64,000 nucleotides of DNA from positions 192,001 through 256,000 of the forward strand of contig CAWDXG010000003.1 of the NCBI GenBank assembly GCA_963806225.1. Reading direction: 5' to 3'. Position 1 is the first letter of the stretch, and every line of letters begins with the position of its first letter. A program made the translations under genes and the position numbers. Source of the stretch: an uncultured delta proteobacterium (GTDB lineage: Bacteria; Myxococcota_A; Polyangia; Polyangiales; Polyangiaceae). Below are positions 61,394 through 64,000 of the stretch, one piece after another. A model generated the notes under the pieces. It was given only the letters and a program-made list of their open reading frames with translations, did no database searches and was not told where the DNA came from.

Positions 61394-63821
61394 ATGGCGG
61401 ACGCACCCTGGACGCAAGAGCGCGGAGTCGACCCGGTCGTGGAGGGGTGGCTCGAGTCGGGGGCGGTCCGGCGCTGTCTGGCGGCGGAGCGGCTGACCGA
61501 GCCGGCGGAGGCGAGCTACGCGCCGATCCCGCGTAGGCTCGCGCCGGGTCTGGTGGGAGCGCTCCGGGCTCGCGGCATCGAGGCGCTGTACTCGCACCAG
61601 GTGGAAGCGATCGACGCCGCTCTACACGGGCGGCACGTGGTGATCGCAACGCCCACGGCGAGCGGCAAGAGCCTGTGCTTCCACCTGCCCGTGCTGCAGG
61701 CCATCGCCGAGGATCCGGAGGCGAGCGCGCTCTACGTCTATCCGACCAAGGCGCTGAGCCGCGATCAGGAGCACGGCCTGCACGAGCTGGCGGGCGAAGC
61801 GGGATTGTCCGTCGCAGCAACGGTGTACGACGGCGACACGCCGGGCGACGCGCGGCGCGCCGCGCGCGAGAAGAGCCGCATCGTCTTGACGAACCCGGAC
61901 ATGCTGCACGCCGGCATCATGCCGAACCACGCGCGCTGGGCGCGCACGTTCCAGAGCCTGACGCTACGTGGTGCTGGACGAGCTGCACACCTACCGCGGC
62001 GTGTTCGGCTCGCACATGGCGCACGTGGTGGCGCGGCTGAGGCGCATCGCGGCGTTCCACGGGGCGAGCCCGGCGTTCATCTCCGCCACGGCGACCATCG
62101 GCAATCCGCGCGAGCACGCGGCGCGGCTGATCGGCGTCGACCCGGGCGACGTGACGCTCGTCGATCGTTCGGGCGCGCCGCGCGCCAGCCGCCGCTTCTT
62201 CCTCTACAACCCGCCGGTGGTGAACGAAGAGCTCGGCATCCGCGCCAGCACGCTCAAGCAGAGCGTGAACCTCGCGGCGGATCTGGTGCGCGCCAAGGTG
62301 CCGACGATCGTGTTCGGCCCGTCGCGCAATTCCGTCGAGGTGATGCTGAAGTACCTGCGCGCGAAGTGCGGTGACGTGGCCGGCCCCGACGCCATCATGG
62401 CCTATCGCGGCGGCTATCTGCCGGAGACGCGGCGCGGCATCGAGCGCGGCCTGCGCGAAGGGGCGATCCTGTGCGTGGTGGCGACCAACGCGCTCGAGCT
62501 CGGCATCGACATCGGCGATCTGGATGCGGTGGTGTGCGCCGGCTACCCGGGCTCCGTCGCGGGCATGTGGCAGCGCTTCGGGCGCGCCGGGCGTCGCGGC
62601 GACACCAGCATCGCGCTGATGGTCTGCTCGTCGAACGCGATCGACCAGTTCCTGGCGCGCGAGCCGGAATATCTGCTGAAGGCGGGCGCCGAGGAAGCCC
62701 GCATCGATCCTTCCAACGTGGAAGTCCTGATCCAGCACCTGAAGTGCGCGGCGTTCGAGGCGCCATTCGAGATCACGGCGCCCGGGCCGAAGCCGGCGCA
62801 TCCAGAGGCGGCCGAGGGCGAGAGCTATCTCGGCCTCGATGCGGAGAGCACGCGCGACGCGCTGGACTACCTGGCCGGCCACGGTCTGGTTCACGAGAGC
62901 GGCGGCCGCTACCACTGGGCGGGCGAGGCGTTCCCGGCGAACCACGTGTCCTTGCGCAACATCGGCTGGGACAACTTCGTGATCATCGACGTGGCGACGA
63001 ACAAGTCGATCGCAGAGCTGGACTGGCGCGCCACGCACACCATGCTGCACGAGCAGGCCATCTACCAGCAGGACGCCGAGCAGTACCAGGTGGAAAGCCT
63101 CGACTACGAGAACCACAAGGCCTACGTCCGCCGCGTCAAGCCCGACTACTTCACGACCGCCCTCACCTACCGCACCGTCGGGGTCATCGAGGAGGAGCGG
63201 AGCGATACGTTGGGGCGCGCGGCCATCGGCTACGGCGAGGTGAAGGTCGTCGAGAAGGTGACGGGCTACAAGAAGATCAAGTTCTTCACGCACGAGAACG
63301 CCGGCTACGGCGACGTGCACCTGCCGGAGATGCAGATGCACACGACGGCGTTCTGGCTGACGGTGCCGGAGACGCTGATCGCCGGGCTCGGGATGCAGCG
63401 CGCGACGCTGATCGAGGCCCTGCGCGGCCTGGGCGCGGCGCTGGAGACGGTGAGCACGCTGTTTTTGATGTGCGACCCCCGCGACATCAACCGCACGCTG
63501 GGCGACGGCGCGTCGGATCCCGCGCTGGGCCTGCCGGCAGGCCGCGATCCGCACGCGGGGCGCACGGGCAGCTTCGACCCCACGGTGTTCCTGTTCGACG
63601 CGATTCCGGGCGGCGTGGGGCTAGCCGAGCGCATCTACGAGCGGGCCGGCGAGCTGCTGGAGCGCGCGGGGCGACTGATCCGCGGCTGCTCGTGCAGGAG
63701 CGGCTGCCCGGCCTGTGTGGGCCCCGGCGACGAGAATGGCGGCCAGAAGCGCGCCGCACTGGACCTGCTCTCGGCGCTGGAGCTGCGCCTGGCCACGCCG
63801 GCTGCGCCCGCAGTCGCGTAG
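61394..63821 (+). CDS. YprA/MrfA-like DEAH-box helicase with C-terminal DUF1998 zinc-binding domain (one extra base near 61961)
   Basis: [81 protein letters not shown]. Confidence 0.9.
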
Positions 63822-64000
63822 CGCGATCGGGAGCAACACGAAGGGCCGAAGGGCCGAAGGTTCTGGGGGTCGAGCGCTGGCGCGGCGGGGCGCGGCTCAT
63901 CCAGTGGGTGGGCCGTCAGTTGCGACGGAGCGGCCGGCGCCCTAGCCTTTCCCCGGTGGGACGACCGCTTCGCTTTCCGGCGCTGCTTCTGACCCTGGCG

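Noticed and set aside
61955..61970. Helicase split into two genes
   Set aside because: Removing one base restores [10 protein letters not shown], so this is most likely a single-base sequencing insertion.

Overview
Very GC-rich bacterial DNA whose gene content points to a myxobacterium, probably Polyangiaceae-like (inference from Ser/Thr kinases, a sigma54 enhancer-binding protein, Cys/Gly-rich lipoproteins, a MYXO-CTERM-like tail and a giant TPR protein). Most of the window is core chromosome: a TolC-family gene, ccmC/ccmD, acyl-CoA dehydrogenase, a PrsW protease, two FadL-like barrels, tatBC, rlmH-rsfS-proA, an Mla/MCE-type ABC module, pyrF, rlmB, cysteine desulfurase, lnt, an lptE-like gene, leuS, coaE, folD, lgt and lspA. 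Indels cluster at about 10.7-15.9 kb and 34.8-36.0 kb, with more in leuS and the helicase. They look like long-read errors. No rRNA, tRNA, CRISPR array, transposase or integrase was recognised. The main unexplained structure is three long spacer-less tandem arrays with hairpin cores. One is 15 x 73 bp between two mlaF-like genes. The other two are homologous 51-bp arrays (35/51 identical, 14 and 17 copies): one abuts a YprB/MrfB-like DEDDh nuclease gene and the other sits just upstream of a YprA/MrfA-like DUF1998 helicase gene. Other notable items are an orphan SctJ/FliF-type ring lipoprotein coupled to the Mla ATPase, a pseudokinase-GYF-TM protein, and a sigma54 promoter with three palindromic candidate enhancer boxes. 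Product calls come from motif recognition only; no database searches were run.
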